DNA of 63,992 nucleotides, the filler included. It is 7 parts of 7 records of this genome, joined end to end, with 100 filler letters (N's around TTAATTAATTAA, not from the genome) between each part and the next. Parts side by side here need not be neighbours in the genome. Positions count along the whole stretch, not along the records: positions 14,087 to 38,373 come from DRR723986_43960; positions 38,474 to 46,217 come from DRR723986_44124; 5 more parts are not named here. One strand, written 5' to 3'. Shown piece by piece: positions 31,130 to 41,282 of this stretch; position 1 is the first letter of the stretch; each line of letters opens with the position of its first letter. A program made the translations under genes and the position numbers. The notes under the pieces are model-generated. The model saw nothing but the letters and a program-made list of their open reading frames with translations. It searched no databases and was not told where the DNA came from.

Positions 31130-32353
31130 TTTGAATTTCATATTTACCTCCACGCGATTTTCGGAATCAAAAGTCATCTCGCCATTTAGTTGCCCAACTA
31201 AAATTTCAATCAATTCTAAACCGAAAGATTCATCTTTGCGTTCCTTTTTGATAAACCCTTTTCCTGAATCTGTATAGTGAAAGAATCCTTCTTTATTCTC
31301 TGCTTTGAATTTCATTGAAATAGATCCCTTTTCTTTACCAGTAAAAGCATGCTTTAGTGAGTTTGTCATGAGTTCATTAATAATTAAACCCAAAGGTATT
31401 GCAACGTCTATATCTAATTGTATATGTTCAATTTCGGTTTCAATTTCAATATTTTCGGTTCGTTGAAATGACGCTAACAAACTCCCTGACAATTCATCAA
31501 TATATTCGTCAATTGAAATACTGCTAATATCCTTTTCTAAATACAAACGCTCATGTATTATAGCCATAGATCGAATTCTATCTTGAAACTCTTTTAAAAT
31601 TGATCGTTCATTCGCTGTCACTGAAGAGTTAATTTTAAGACTCAATAAACTCATCATTATTTGCATGTTGTTTTTAACACGGTGATGAATTTCTTTGATT
31701 AAAATCTCCTTCTCTTTGTTTTGCTCTAGTAATACCTGATTGGCCTGTGCCAATTCTAAAGTTTGTTCGGCCACCAATTGTTGCAGATTGTTCTTATGTT
31801 TTTCCAATTCTTCATGAGCTTTGGCTTGCTCAAACTTATTAGATATCATTGCCGCAACTGTCGAAAGCATTTTGAAATCCTGCTCATTAAAAAAATTCTT
31901 CTGAGGATGTTCTGAGTCAATAACACCAATCACTTCGCCTTTATAAGTCAACGGAATGGTAATCTCAGAGAGTCTTGGGGCGTCATCCACCAAGTATCTC
32001 GGGTCTTTGCTGGTATCACTAATAATTTCCCCAATACCGGTTTCAAATACTTTTCCTACTATACCTTTACCAGGTAAAATCTTGATAGGGTCTTTGATAA
32101 GATGTTCTTGCGGGTTTTTCGGTCCATATGCTGCCTTCTGATGTAACAAACCTGTTTCATCATCATAGAGATAGATAACGCAATCGTAATAGTTTAATTT
32201 GGCTATGGCATGCTCGGCAACTGCCCATACGATCTGATCTATTGATTGAGCTTTAAAAAGAATAGATGCAAAAGAGTTAATTACTTCCAAGTATTTCTCC
32301 TTTAATCTGAGGTTTTCTAATTCAGATTCTCGCGTATCTCTGTTTTCGGGCAC
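31124..32353 (-). CDS. Cytoplasmic GAF-domain sensor histidine kinase (HisKA_2 type)
   Basis: GAF domain (GKGIVG...SEITIPL...GVIDSEHP), H-box KEIHHRVKNNMQI, N-box NELMTNSLKHAF, DSGKG, FGLELI. GTG start. Confidence 0.92.
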   Translation of the reverse strand: MPENRDTRESELENLRLKEKYLEVINSFASILFKAQSIDQIVWAVAEHAIAKLNYYDCVIYLYDDETGLLHQKAAYGPKNPQEHLIKDPIKILPGKGIVGKVFETGIGEIISDTSKDPRYLVDDAPRLSEITIPLTYKGEVIGVIDSEHPQKNFFNEQDFKMLSTVAAMISNKFEQAKAHEELEKHKNNLQQLVAEQTLELAQANQVLLEQNKEKEILIKEIHHRVKNNMQIMMSLLSLKINSSVTANERSILKEFQDRIRSMAIIHERLYLEKDISSISIDEYIDELSGSLLASFQRTENIEIETEIEHIQLDIDVAIPLGLIINELMTNSLKHAFTGKEKGSISMKFKAENKEGFFHYTDSGKGFIKKERKDESFGLELIEILVGQLNGEMTFDSENRVEVNMKFKL

Positions 32354-32426
32354 GCGTAAAAATACGTAAAATCCAGATAAATTAAGGCATTAAAACCCAA
32401 GGCTTCAATTATAAGGAAAAGTGTGT

Positions 32427-33842
32427 TTAAACGTAGCTCAGTTTGACCATATTTGATTGACCTTTTTCTTCAATTGGAGTTGAAGCAATATTGACAACCA
32501 AATCTCCTTTTTTAATTACGCCCTTCTTTTGAAGAATGTATTTACAATCATCAATGGTGTGATCTGTACTCACCATTTTATCATAGAAATTACATTGAAC
32601 TCCCCAAAGCAAATTAAGTTGAGTTAATATCGTTCTGTTTTCGGTAAACACATAAGTGTTTGCTTTCGGTCTTTTTGATGATATTTTAAAAGCAGTATAT
32701 CCCGAAAATGTCATGGTAATAATTCCCGTAGCTTCAACTCGTTGAGCTAATCGCGCCGCATTAAAACAAATAGAATCAGTAATAAATCTATCCTGATTTT
32801 TTTCTGGTAATTCTTCCTTATGATAGATGTCATCATTTTTTTCAACCTCAGCAACAATTTTTGACATGGCTTTTATTACTTCTGTAGGGTGATTACCTAC
32901 TGAGGTTTCACCTGACAACATAACGGCATCAGCACCATCCATAACGGCATTGGCCACGTCATTAACTTCAGCCCTAGTTGGAGAAAAATTAATGATCATA
33001 CTTTCCATCATCTGCGTAGCAACTATTGACGGTTTAGCATGTTTTCTCGCGGTTTTTATAATTTGTTTTTGAAGGATAGGAACTTTTTCCATAGGAACTT
33101 CTACTCCCAAGTCTCCTCTTGCAATCATTACAGCATCTGTGGCCAATATGATGTCTTCAATTTCAAAAATCGCTTCTGGCTTTTCAATTTTCGCTATTAC
33201 CTTAGCATGCTTTTGATTGGTAGAGATAATATGCTTTAGTTCAATAATATCTCGCGCCGAACGTACAAAGGAAAGTCCTATCCAATCTACATCTTGACTC
33301 AAAGCAAAATCTAAATCAATCTTGTCTTTATCTGTTAAACAAGGCAATGAAATTTTTGTGTTCGGTAGGTTTACCCCTTTTTTAGAACTTAATATCCCGC
33401 CGTGAATGACCCTAGTTTTCACTTCAGTCTTTTTGTCGGTAGATAACACTTCTAATTTAAGTTTACCATCATCAAGTAAAAGCATATCACCAACCGCAAC
33501 ATCTTTAGGAAAAGTTTGATAAGTTAAATAAACCTTCTCTTTGGTTCCAATACACTCCTTTGTAGTAATGGTAAGTTCAGCACCATTTACAAGTTCAACG
33601 CCATTGTTCTCAACTTCCCCAACACGTATTTTAGGCCCTTGTAAATCGGCAAGAATCCCAACATGCGAACCAATTTCTTTATTGATTTCACGAATAATGG
33701 AAATGACTTTTGCATGATCTTCATGTTTACCATGAGAGAAATTCACACGGCATACATTAACGCCTTGTTTGATCATTTCGGTCAATGCTTCTTTCGTGCT
33801 AGACGCTGGTCCTAATGTCGCTACTATTTTGGTTTTGTTCAT
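32427..33842 (-). CDS. pyk: Pyruvate kinase
   Basis: TKIVATLGPA, RVNFSHG, DLQGPKIR, ARGDLGVE, ATQMMESM, DAVMLSGET. Confidence 0.98.
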   Translation of the reverse strand: MNKTKIVATLGPASSTKEALTEMIKQGVNVCRVNFSHGKHEDHAKVISIIREINKEIGSHVGILADLQGPKIRVGEVENNGVELVNGAELTITTKECIGTKEKVYLTYQTFPKDVAVGDMLLLDDGKLKLEVLSTDKKTEVKTRVIHGGILSSKKGVNLPNTKISLPCLTDKDKIDLDFALSQDVDWIGLSFVRSARDIIELKHIISTNQKHAKVIAKIEKPEAIFEIEDIILATDAVMIARGDLGVEVPMEKVPILQKQIIKTARKHAKPSIVATQMMESMIINFSPTRAEVNDVANAVMDGADAVMLSGETSVGNHPTEVIKAMSKIVAEVEKNDDIYHKEELPEKNQDRFITDSICFNAARLAQRVEATGIITMTFSGYTAFKISSKRPKANTYVFTENRTILTQLNLLWGVQCNFYDKMVSTDHTIDDCKYILQKKGVIKKGDLVVNIASTPIEEKGQSNMVKLSYV

Positions 33843-33856
33843 TTTATTTTCGTTTG

Positions 33857-34273
33857 CTAAAAAACTAAATTGTCTTTTGATTTCAACTCGTTTGGATCAA
33901 AGACAAATGCAGTAAGAATACTGTCATTCTTTTTTAATTCCAACACCAAATTATTGGTGTCTAAAACAAGATTGTTTTTAATTATTATAAAATAATCAAT
34001 TTGATCTTTTTCCGGTACAAGTCGCTTATAATTATTTGAAACATTCTTAATTAAATAATACTCTACATGTTCATCCTCATCATAATAACTGTAAAATGAA
34101 TGTAAATGTTCACCATCCTTTTTTCCGAACACAGAATAGTCATCTTCTTTTTCAAGTTTGATGTTAATACTGTTATTGATGGCCCAGCATAATCTATAAT
34201 CAGAATGACTCGAACAAATACCAATTAGTTCAAACTCATACTCCTCTTCAAATAAAAGTTTATACTTAGCCAT
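33857..34273 (-). CDS. IPExxxVDY family protein (Bacteroidota)
   Basis: LIGICSSHSDYRLCWAIN and LVPEKDQIDY motifs, in the usual position upstream of pyk. Confidence 0.8.
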   Translation of the reverse strand: MAKYKLLFEEEYEFELIGICSSHSDYRLCWAINNSINIKLEKEDDYSVFGKKDGEHLHSFYSYYDEDEHVEYYLIKNVSNNYKRLVPEKDQIDYFIIIKNNLVLDTNNLVLELKKNDSILTAFVFDPNELKSKDNLVF

Positions 34274-34344
34274 TTTTCAGTTCTTACCAGTTATTATGGT
34301 CAAAATTAAAAGTCAATAAAGGTATTTAATTTATCTTTAGGACT

Positions 34345-35118
34345 ATGAAATTCCGATTGAATAATACTGAATACATTGATTCTAGTCAACCAATTGATAT
34401 TTCAATTCCAATGTCGCCAGACGAAAACTCTGTAAGGGCATGGTATTGTGATCCTTTGGAACTAAAACCGGTAATGACCGATAGATTTATTGGAGATGTT
34501 AAACAGGGGGGAGCCGTAAATTTTAGAAATTTATTTATGAATCCACATGCGCACGGAACGCATACTGAGTGTGTAGGACATATCTCCAAAGAATTCTATT
34601 CAATCAATCAATGTCTAAAAGAATTTCATTTTAAAGGATTGTTAGTCTCCGTTGATCCCGAAGCTCAGATGAATGTCGAGTGCAATCAAGAAGATTTTAT
34701 CATTACTCGAGAGCTTTTGTCGGTTGCTCTTGAAAAACATCAACAGCAATTAGAAGATGTAAAAGTTTTGATTGTAAGGACATTGCCAAACTCACCAAAC
34801 AAGCTTTCAAACAATTATTCGAATACCAATCCCTGTTATTTTTCAAAATCGGCAATGGAATTAATTAATGAATTTGGTTTTACTCACCTCATGGTAGATC
34901 TACCATCTATTGATAGGGAAGAGGATGGAGGAGAGCTGATTGGACATCATACTTTTTGGGAATATCCCGAAAATACGCAAGCAGAGAAAACAATTACTGA
35001 ACTGATTTTTGTTCCTAATGAAGTTAAAGATGGAAATTATCTGGTGAATATTCAGATCACCGCTCTTGAGAATGATGCCTCACCATCCAAAATAACGCTT
35101 TATGATATCAAATCTTAA
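34345..35118 (+). CDS. Cyclase family metal-dependent hydrolase (kynurenine formamidase-like)
   Basis: NPHAHGTHTECVGH metal motif, DLPSIDRE, ITEL, DASPS. Confidence 0.88.
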   Translation: MKFRLNNTEYIDSSQPIDISIPMSPDENSVRAWYCDPLELKPVMTDRFIGDVKQGGAVNFRNLFMNPHAHGTHTECVGHISKEFYSINQCLKEFHFKGLLVSVDPEAQMNVECNQEDFIITRELLSVALEKHQQQLEDVKVLIVRTLPNSPNKLSNNYSNTNPCYFSKSAMELINEFGFTHLMVDLPSIDREEDGGELIGHHTFWEYPENTQAEKTITELIFVPNEVKDGNYLVNIQITALENDASPSKITLYDIKS

Positions 35119-35135
35119 AAGTCTAAACAAAGACC

Positions 35136-35165
35136 TTGCAGAATAAAGAAAAAGTCGTATATTTG
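35136..35165 (+). promoter_or_regulatory. Bacteroidota promoter for rimP-nusA-infB
   Basis: TTG(35136)-N19-TATATTTG(35158-35165). Confidence 0.7.
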
Positions 35166-35193
35166 TGGCGTTAAATAACACTAAATAATACCG

Positions 35194-35219
35194 AGAGGGG
35201 ACGAAAGTCCCCTCTTTTT
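35194..35219 (+). promoter_or_regulatory. rimP leader terminator-like hairpin
   Basis: AGAGGGGAC-gaaa-GTCCCCTCT-TTTT located between the promoter and the rimP start. Confidence 0.75.
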
Positions 35220-35227
35220 GTACTAAA

Positions 35228-35704
35228 ATGATAGCAAAAAAGACAGTTCAGGATCTTGCAGAAGAAAGAATAGCAGAGCATGATGAACTTCTATATATTG
35301 TTGACATTTCGATAGGTTCAGGGAATAAAATTTTAGTGGAATTAGATCGAGAAGAAGGCTTTGTGAAAATTGAGGATTGTATAAAAATCTCAAGAAACAT
35401 TGAACATAATCTTGATCGAGAAGAAGAAGACTTTTCTTTAGAAGTTTCTTCTGCCGGAATGACTAAACCATTTAGAGTATTAAAGCAATACTATAAAAAT
35501 GTCGGTAGAGAAGTTAAAGTACAAACTCTCGAGCATGGACGGTCATTAGAGGGGATTCTAAAGTCGGCAAATGAAGATGGTTTTGTTTTAGAAACTAAAG
35601 AAAAAAGAAAAGTCGAAGGAAAAAAGAAAAAAGAATGGGTGATTGAAGAAATCCCCTTTAATTATAACGAAGTAAAAGAAACAAAATTGATTATTTCTTT
35701 CTAA
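35228..35704 (+). CDS. rimP: Ribosome maturation factor RimP
   Basis: IEDCIKISR, FSLEVSSAG, directly upstream of nusA. Confidence 0.95.
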   Translation: MIAKKTVQDLAEERIAEHDELLYIVDISIGSGNKILVELDREEGFVKIEDCIKISRNIEHNLDREEEDFSLEVSSAGMTKPFRVLKQYYKNVGREVKVQTLEHGRSLEGILKSANEDGFVLETKEKRKVEGKKKKEWVIEEIPFNYNEVKETKLIISF

Positions 35705-35717
35705 TTTAAATAGTGAT

Positions 35718-36959
35718 ATGAATGCGTTGGAATTAATAGAGTCGTTTTCGGAATTCAAAGAATTCAAGAATATTGACAGAGAAACAATGATGAACATCCT
35801 TCAAGATGTTTTTAGATCTATGCTGAAAAAAAAGTATGGAACTGATGACCATATTGATGTGATTATCAACCCGGATAAAGGTGATGTTGAAATCTGGATC
35901 AACAGAGAAATTGTACCAGATGGTGAAGTAGAAGACGATAATATTGAAATTTCATTGTCTGATGCTGTGAAAATTGAACCTGATTTTGAAGTAGGTGAAG
36001 AGGTAGCAGAAGAGGTTAAATTAGATGACTTCGGAAGAAGAAACGTTCTTTCTTTAAGACAAAACTTAATTTCTAGAATTCTAGAATTAGAGAAAGATCA
36101 TATCTACAAGAAATACAAAGAAAGAATTGGTGAAATCATTACAGGTGAAGTTTACCAAGTTTGGAAAAGAGAAATTCTTATTTTGGATGATGAAGGAAAT
36201 GAATTAATCCTTCCTAAATCTGAGCAAATTCCATCTGATTATTTCAAAAAAGGTGAAGCAATTAGAGCGGTAGTAGCAAGAGTAGATTTAAGAAACAACT
36301 CACCAATCATTATCTTGTCAAGAACAGCTCCTGAATTCCTTGAAAGATTATTCGAATTAGAAGTTCCAGAAGTATTTGATGGATTAATTACCATTAAAAA
36401 GATTGTTCGTGAACCAGGTGAAAGAGCAAAAGTAGCCGTTGAGTCTTATGACGATAGAATTGATCCAGTTGGAGCTTGTGTCGGAATGAAAGGAGCACGA
36501 ATTCACGGAATTGTTCGTGAGTTGAAAAATGAGAATATTGATGTAATTAATTACACCAACAACGACAAATTATTCATTCAAAGAGCATTGTCGCCAGCAA
36601 AAATCACAACAATTGAAATTGATGAGGTAGATAGCAGAGCGGATGTTTATTTGAAGCCTGATCAAGTGTCTTTGGCAATTGGTAAAGGTGGTCATAACAT
36701 TAAGTTAGCCGGTAAATTAACTGGATTCGAAATTGATGTTTACCGTGAAGGTGCTGAAGATATTGAAGACGTAGATTTAGATGAGTTCTCTGATGAAATC
36801 GAAGAGTGGGTAATTACTGAACTAAAATCTATTGGATTAGATTCTGCAAAATCAGTAATTGAATTGGATAAGGACGAATTAATGAAAAGAACAGATCTTG
36901 AAGAAGAAACCATTGAAGATGTAATCAATGTACTTAGAGCTGAATTTGAGCAAGAGTAA
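35718..36959 (+). CDS. nusA: Transcription termination/antitermination factor NusA
   Basis: S1 and KH domains, REPGERAKVAV, DPVGACVGMKG, SLAIGKGGHNIKLA. Confidence 0.98.
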   Translation: MNALELIESFSEFKEFKNIDRETMMNILQDVFRSMLKKKYGTDDHIDVIINPDKGDVEIWINREIVPDGEVEDDNIEISLSDAVKIEPDFEVGEEVAEEVKLDDFGRRNVLSLRQNLISRILELEKDHIYKKYKERIGEIITGEVYQVWKREILILDDEGNELILPKSEQIPSDYFKKGEAIRAVVARVDLRNNSPIIILSRTAPEFLERLFELEVPEVFDGLITIKKIVREPGERAKVAVESYDDRIDPVGACVGMKGARIHGIVRELKNENIDVINYTNNDKLFIQRALSPAKITTIEIDEVDSRADVYLKPDQVSLAIGKGGHNIKLAGKLTGFEIDVYREGAEDIEDVDLDEFSDEIEEWVITELKSIGLDSAKSVIELDKDELMKRTDLEEETIEDVINVLRAEFEQE

Positions 36960-37002
36960 AACTTCTTAAGAGAGAAAAAGTATAAGCAAACCAATTATTT
37001 AA

Positions 37003-38373
37003 ATGGCAGGTAAAGCGAAACGATTAAACAAGGTTGCAAAAGAATTCAACATCAGTATAACTACGATTGTTGAGTTTTTAAAAACCAAAGGATTCGAGAT
37101 TGACTCGAAACCAAACACTAAAATCGAAGGTGAGATTTTAAGTGCATTGGAAGAAGAATTTGCTGACGACAAAGTGGCAAAACAAAATTCTGAAAATGCA
37201 GTTGTAAGTGGAGAGAAGCGAGAGTCTCTTTCTATAAAGGACTTACAAAAGGATGAAAAACCTGCGATTGAAGAAGAGGATGAACCTATAGAAGAGAAGA
37301 AAGAAGAGCCCGTAAAAGAGGAACCAATTAAAGAAGAGCCTGTTGCTGAAGAGAAACCTGCCGTTGAAACTGCAAAAGCTGAATCGAAAGTTGGAACCAA
37401 AGTAATTGGTAAAATCGACCTTGACTCTATTAATCAAAAAACTCGTCCGGATAAATCTGCGAAAAAAGAGAAAGTTGAAAAGGTAGAGGAAAAACCGGTT
37501 GAAAAGAAAGAGGAGAAAGCCCCTAAGGTTGAAGAACCGAAAGAAGAGGTTCCTGAAGAGAAGATCGAAACGATTAAAGCGGCTTCTGATAAATTATCAG
37601 GACCTAAAGTGGTAGGTAAGATTGTTCTTCCGGTTGAGAAAGATAAATCGAAAGAAGCTGATCGTAAAAAACGGAAGCGAATTAAGAAGGTAAACGTTGA
37701 AAAACAAGCTCAACAGAATAAACAAGCTGGCGGTGGCGGTGGAAAAGGGAAGAAGAACTTCAAAGAGAAGCCTCAGGTAACCGAAAAGGAAATCCAAAAG
37801 GAGATTAAAGAAACCCTTGCAAGGTTACAAGGTGGTGGAAAAAATAAAGGAGCTAAATTCCGTAGAGATAAACGTCAAGCAGTTGCTGATAAAAGAGCTG
37901 AAGAGTTAGAACAAGAAGAACTTGAAAAAGGAATCTTGAAATTAACAGAGTTCGTTTCAGTTTCTGAGCTAGCAAGTATGATGGACGTATCGGCTACCGA
38001 AGTAATCGGTTCTTGTATGTCTTTAGGGATATTTGCTTCAATCAATCAAAGATTAGATGCTGAAACTATTCAATTAGTAGCTTCAGAATACGGATTTGAA
38101 ACTGAATTCATTTCTGCCGAGGTTGCTGAATCAATAGTTGTTGAAGAAGATAAAGAAGAAGACTTAGTAGAACGTGCACCGATTGTTACGGTAATGGGAC
38201 ACGTTGACCACGGTAAAACTTCACTACTAGATTATATCCGTGCTGCGAATGTAATCGAAGGTGAAGCAGGTGGAATCACCCAACACATTGGAGCCTATTC
38301 AGTAAAAACTGAAGGTGGAAAAACGGTTACCTTCTTGGATACGCCAGGTCACGAAGCCTTTACGGCAATGCGT
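37003..38373 (+). CDS. infB: Translation initiation factor IF-2, truncated at the contig end
   Basis: IF2_N domain, K/E-rich linker, [36 protein letters not shown]. Confidence 0.98.
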
Positions 38374-38473
38374 NNNNNNNNNNNNNNNNNNNNNNNNNNN
38401 NNNNNNNNNNNNNNNNNTTAATTAATTAANNNNNNNNNNNNNNNNNNNNNNNNNNNNNNNNNNNNNNNNNNNN
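38374..38473. other. Artificial contig spacer
   Basis: Same 100-nt linker. Confidence 0.99.
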
Positions 38474-38502
38474 TTTCCTTTTCCTTTTCCTTTTCCTTTT
38501 CC
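38474..38502 (+). repeat. Simple sequence repeat (TTTTCC)n at the contig edge
   Basis: TTTCC followed by four TTTTCC units, cut by the contig start. Confidence 0.9.
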
Positions 38503-38602
38503 TGGTGATATTTCTTTAATTATTTATCGTTATTTGTTATTGTCGCTTTGGTTTTTTGGGGAAGGATATTGCTTGTACTTTTTACTAGTTTTTGGTGCCT
38601 AA
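38474..38602 (+). CDS. Possible C-terminal fragment of a hydrophobic membrane protein of the EPS cluster
   Basis: The frame from 38474 reads FPFPFPFPFPGDISLIIYRYLLLSLWFFGEGYCLYFLLVFGA*. Its TAA ends 1 nt before the next ATG (38604). Confidence 0.4.
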   Translation, partial: FPFPFPFPFPGDISLIIYRYLLLSLWFFGEGYCLYFLLVFGA

Positions 38603-38603
38603 G

Positions 38604-39743
38604 ATGAAGGTGTTGCATGTTGTACCTAGTATTGATCTCGCGAAAGGGGGGCCTTCTCGAACGACAGTTAGTCTTGCTAATAGTCAAGTCGACTTAGGTG
38701 GTTTGGAGGTATTCTTTTACACCTATAGGTCTGCTAACTGTAATAACTTAAAATTTGCAGATGATGTTTTTCCTTTTCTGCAATCGGGTGGTCAGCTATT
38801 TTCTTGGTTTTTTTTTACCGATTATTTTAGATTAAAAAAAATATTGGTAGATTACCGTATTGATTTGGTTCATATTCACGGTTTGTGGCATCCATTATCC
38901 CATTGGGCAGCTCGGGCAGCAATAAAAAATGACGTTCCTTACATTATTCAGCCGAGAGGTATGCTAGAGCCGTGGGCTATGAAATTCAGACGGTTTAAGA
39001 AAGTCGTGGCTATGTTTCTTTATCAGAGGGCCGACCTTTTGCGCTGCGATGGATTTATTTCAACTTCAAATGAAGAGGCGAATTCCATTAGAAATTGTTG
39101 TAATTCGGGTCAAATCGCAGTAATTCCAAATGGGGTCGAGCCTGCTCCGTGCAATGTTGCGAATTGTACAGTAGCTGATATAAAAACTGCACTCTTCATG
39201 TCTAGAATACATCCAAAGAAAGGTGTATATGAATTAGTGAGGGCTTGGGCAAAAATCAGACCTGAGGGTTGGTGTCTGAGAATTGTTGGTCCAGATGATG
39301 GGGGGCATTTAGATCGCATACATCGTTTAATTGACAGTTTGAATTTGGGAAATATTGTTTCGGTAGTGGGTCCGGTATATGGCCACAATAGAGAAGTTGA
39401 GTTTGCTGGCGCTAATCTATTTGTATTGCCGACCTATTCCGAGAACTTTGGTGTAGCGGTTGCTGAGGCGCTAAGCTATGGAATTCCGGTTCTCACCACA
39501 ACAGGTGCTCCGTGGTCTTCTATAGTGGATAACAAATGCGGCTGGTGGATCGATCCAGGTGAGAGAAGTTTAGTTGATGCTTTGCCCAAGGCATTATCTA
39601 TTAGCGATGCGGAAAGGTTTGAAATGGGTGCTAGGGCTAAGAAGTTAGCCGCGAACTTTGAATGGGGTAGCGTCGCCCGGCAGACACTAGACTTTTATTC
39701 CAAGGTCATTTCGGAATCGAAGAACAATTTGTACAAGTATTAG
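38604..39743 (+). CDS. Glycosyltransferase family 4
   Basis: MKVLHVVPSI...GGP, HIHGLW, PRGML, SRIHPKKG, PTYSENFGVAVAEAL (Ex7E motif). Confidence 0.93.
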   Translation: MKVLHVVPSIDLAKGGPSRTTVSLANSQVDLGGLEVFFYTYRSANCNNLKFADDVFPFLQSGGQLFSWFFFTDYFRLKKILVDYRIDLVHIHGLWHPLSHWAARAAIKNDVPYIIQPRGMLEPWAMKFRRFKKVVAMFLYQRADLLRCDGFISTSNEEANSIRNCCNSGQIAVIPNGVEPAPCNVANCTVADIKTALFMSRIHPKKGVYELVRAWAKIRPEGWCLRIVGPDDGGHLDRIHRLIDSLNLGNIVSVVGPVYGHNREVEFAGANLFVLPTYSENFGVAVAEALSYGIPVLTTTGAPWSSIVDNKCGWWIDPGERSLVDALPKALSISDAERFEMGARAKKLAANFEWGSVARQTLDFYSKVISESKNNLYKY

Positions 39744-39744
39744 A

Positions 39745-40281
39745 ATGTTAAATATTCATACGCTTTCCTTAAGGAACAAGTTGGTCAGAATACTGTGGAC
39801 GATCATAAGGCTCGTTCTCTACAGGCCAAGTCCCTCCCTGCTTCATGGGTGGCGTAGGTTTTTACTTCGTTGCTTCGGTGCGAAAATTGGATCTGGCGCA
39901 CATCCATATCCAACAGCAGTTATATGGGCACCTTGGAATCTTGAAATGGGTGACGATTCTTGTTTAAGCCACAATGTTGACTGTTATAACGTGGCGAAGA
40001 TTACTCTAGGAGACAGGGCAACTGTTAGTCAATACAGCTTTCTTTGCACTGCCACGCACGATTACACAAAGCACAATTTCCCCTTGTTAGTAGCCCCAAT
40101 TTCTATAGGCGCCGATGCCTGGGTTACCGCAGACGTTTTTGTCGGGCCAGGGGTAAATATCGGAGAAGGGGCTGTAATCAATGCAAGGTCTTGCGTTTTC
40201 TCTGACATTGAGCCTTGGGTTGTTGCAAAGGGTAATCCTGCCAAACCATACAAAGCTCGCGTTCTAGAAAAAGCTTTATAA
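39745..40281 (+). CDS. WcaF-like polysaccharide O-acetyltransferase (left-handed beta-helix)
   Basis: LLRCFGAKIG, PWNLEMG, SQYSFLCTATHD, hexapeptide repeats, GNPA. Confidence 0.9.
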   Translation: MLNIHTLSLRNKLVRILWTIIRLVLYRPSPSLLHGWRRFLLRCFGAKIGSGAHPYPTAVIWAPWNLEMGDDSCLSHNVDCYNVAKITLGDRATVSQYSFLCTATHDYTKHNFPLLVAPISIGADAWVTADVFVGPGVNIGEGAVINARSCVFSDIEPWVVAKGNPAKPYKARVLEKAL

Positions 40282-40321
40282 CTTCTAAAATTTATTTTAG
40301 TAACTTAATTGTGGGTGAAGT

Positions 40322-41275
40322 ATGAAAGTGCTTGTTACTGGTGGCGCTGGCTTTCTGGGGAGTCATCTTTGTGAGAGATTATTGAACTTAGGCCACGATG
40401 TGTTGTGTGTTGATAACTACTTCACTGGATCGAAGCGTAATGTTGCTCATCTTTTGTCAAATTCTGGTTTTGAGTTAATGAGGCACGACGTTACCTTTCC
40501 TTTATATGTTGAAGTGGATCAAATCTTCAATTTGGCTTGCCCAGCGTCGCCAGTTCATTATCAGCACGACCCTGTGCAAACTACTAAAACCAGTGTGCAC
40601 GGTGCGATCAACATGTTAGGTTTGGCGAAACGTGTAGGAGCAAGAATTCTTCAGGCCTCTACTTCCGAGGTTTATGGTGATCCAGAGGTGCACCCGCAAT
40701 CGGAGTCTTATTGGGGCAAAGTGAATCCGATTGGTTTTCGATCATGCTACGACGAAGGTAAAAGATGTGCCGAAACGCTTTTCTTTGACTATCATCGTCA
40801 GCACAATTTAGATATCAAGGTGGTTCGCATTTTCAATACGTATGGACCGAGAATGCATCCCAACGACGGGCGGGTCGTATCTAATTTCATAGTACAGGCT
40901 CTTACTGGGCAGGCAATCACGATTTATGGCGATGGCTCGCAAACGAGAAGTTTCTGTTATCGGGATGATTTAATTGAAGCAATGATGCGTATGATGGGTA
41001 CAGAGAATGGATTTACGGGGCCAATAAATATTGGTAACCCCAATGAATTCACAATGTTGGAGTTGGCTGATTTGGTGATTGAGTTAACTAACTCAAAATC
41101 AAAATTACGATTTGATCCTCTGCCCGCGGATGACCCCAAGCAACGTCAGCCTGATATAAGTTTGGCAAAGGAAAAACTGGCATGGGAACCGACAACTCAA
41201 CTGCGTGATGGTTTAACCAAGACCATTTCGTATTTCGAGGGGCTAATTTCTAGTGGACAATATAAGACTCAATGA
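40322..41275 (+). CDS. UDP-glucuronic acid decarboxylase (UDP-xylose synthase)
   Basis: [56 protein letters not shown]. Confidence 0.95.
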   Translation: MKVLVTGGAGFLGSHLCERLLNLGHDVLCVDNYFTGSKRNVAHLLSNSGFELMRHDVTFPLYVEVDQIFNLACPASPVHYQHDPVQTTKTSVHGAINMLGLAKRVGARILQASTSEVYGDPEVHPQSESYWGKVNPIGFRSCYDEGKRCAETLFFDYHRQHNLDIKVVRIFNTYGPRMHPNDGRVVSNFIVQALTGQAITIYGDGSQTRSFCYRDDLIEAMMRMMGTENGFTGPINIGNPNEFTMLELADLVIELTNSKSKLRFDPLPADDPKQRQPDISLAKEKLAWEPTTQLRDGLTKTISYFEGLISSGQYKTQ

Positions 41276-41282
41276 TCGCCTT

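Noticed and set aside
37240..37570. [18 protein letters not shown] repeats in infB
   Set aside because: The ordinary low-complexity IF-2 N-terminal linker.
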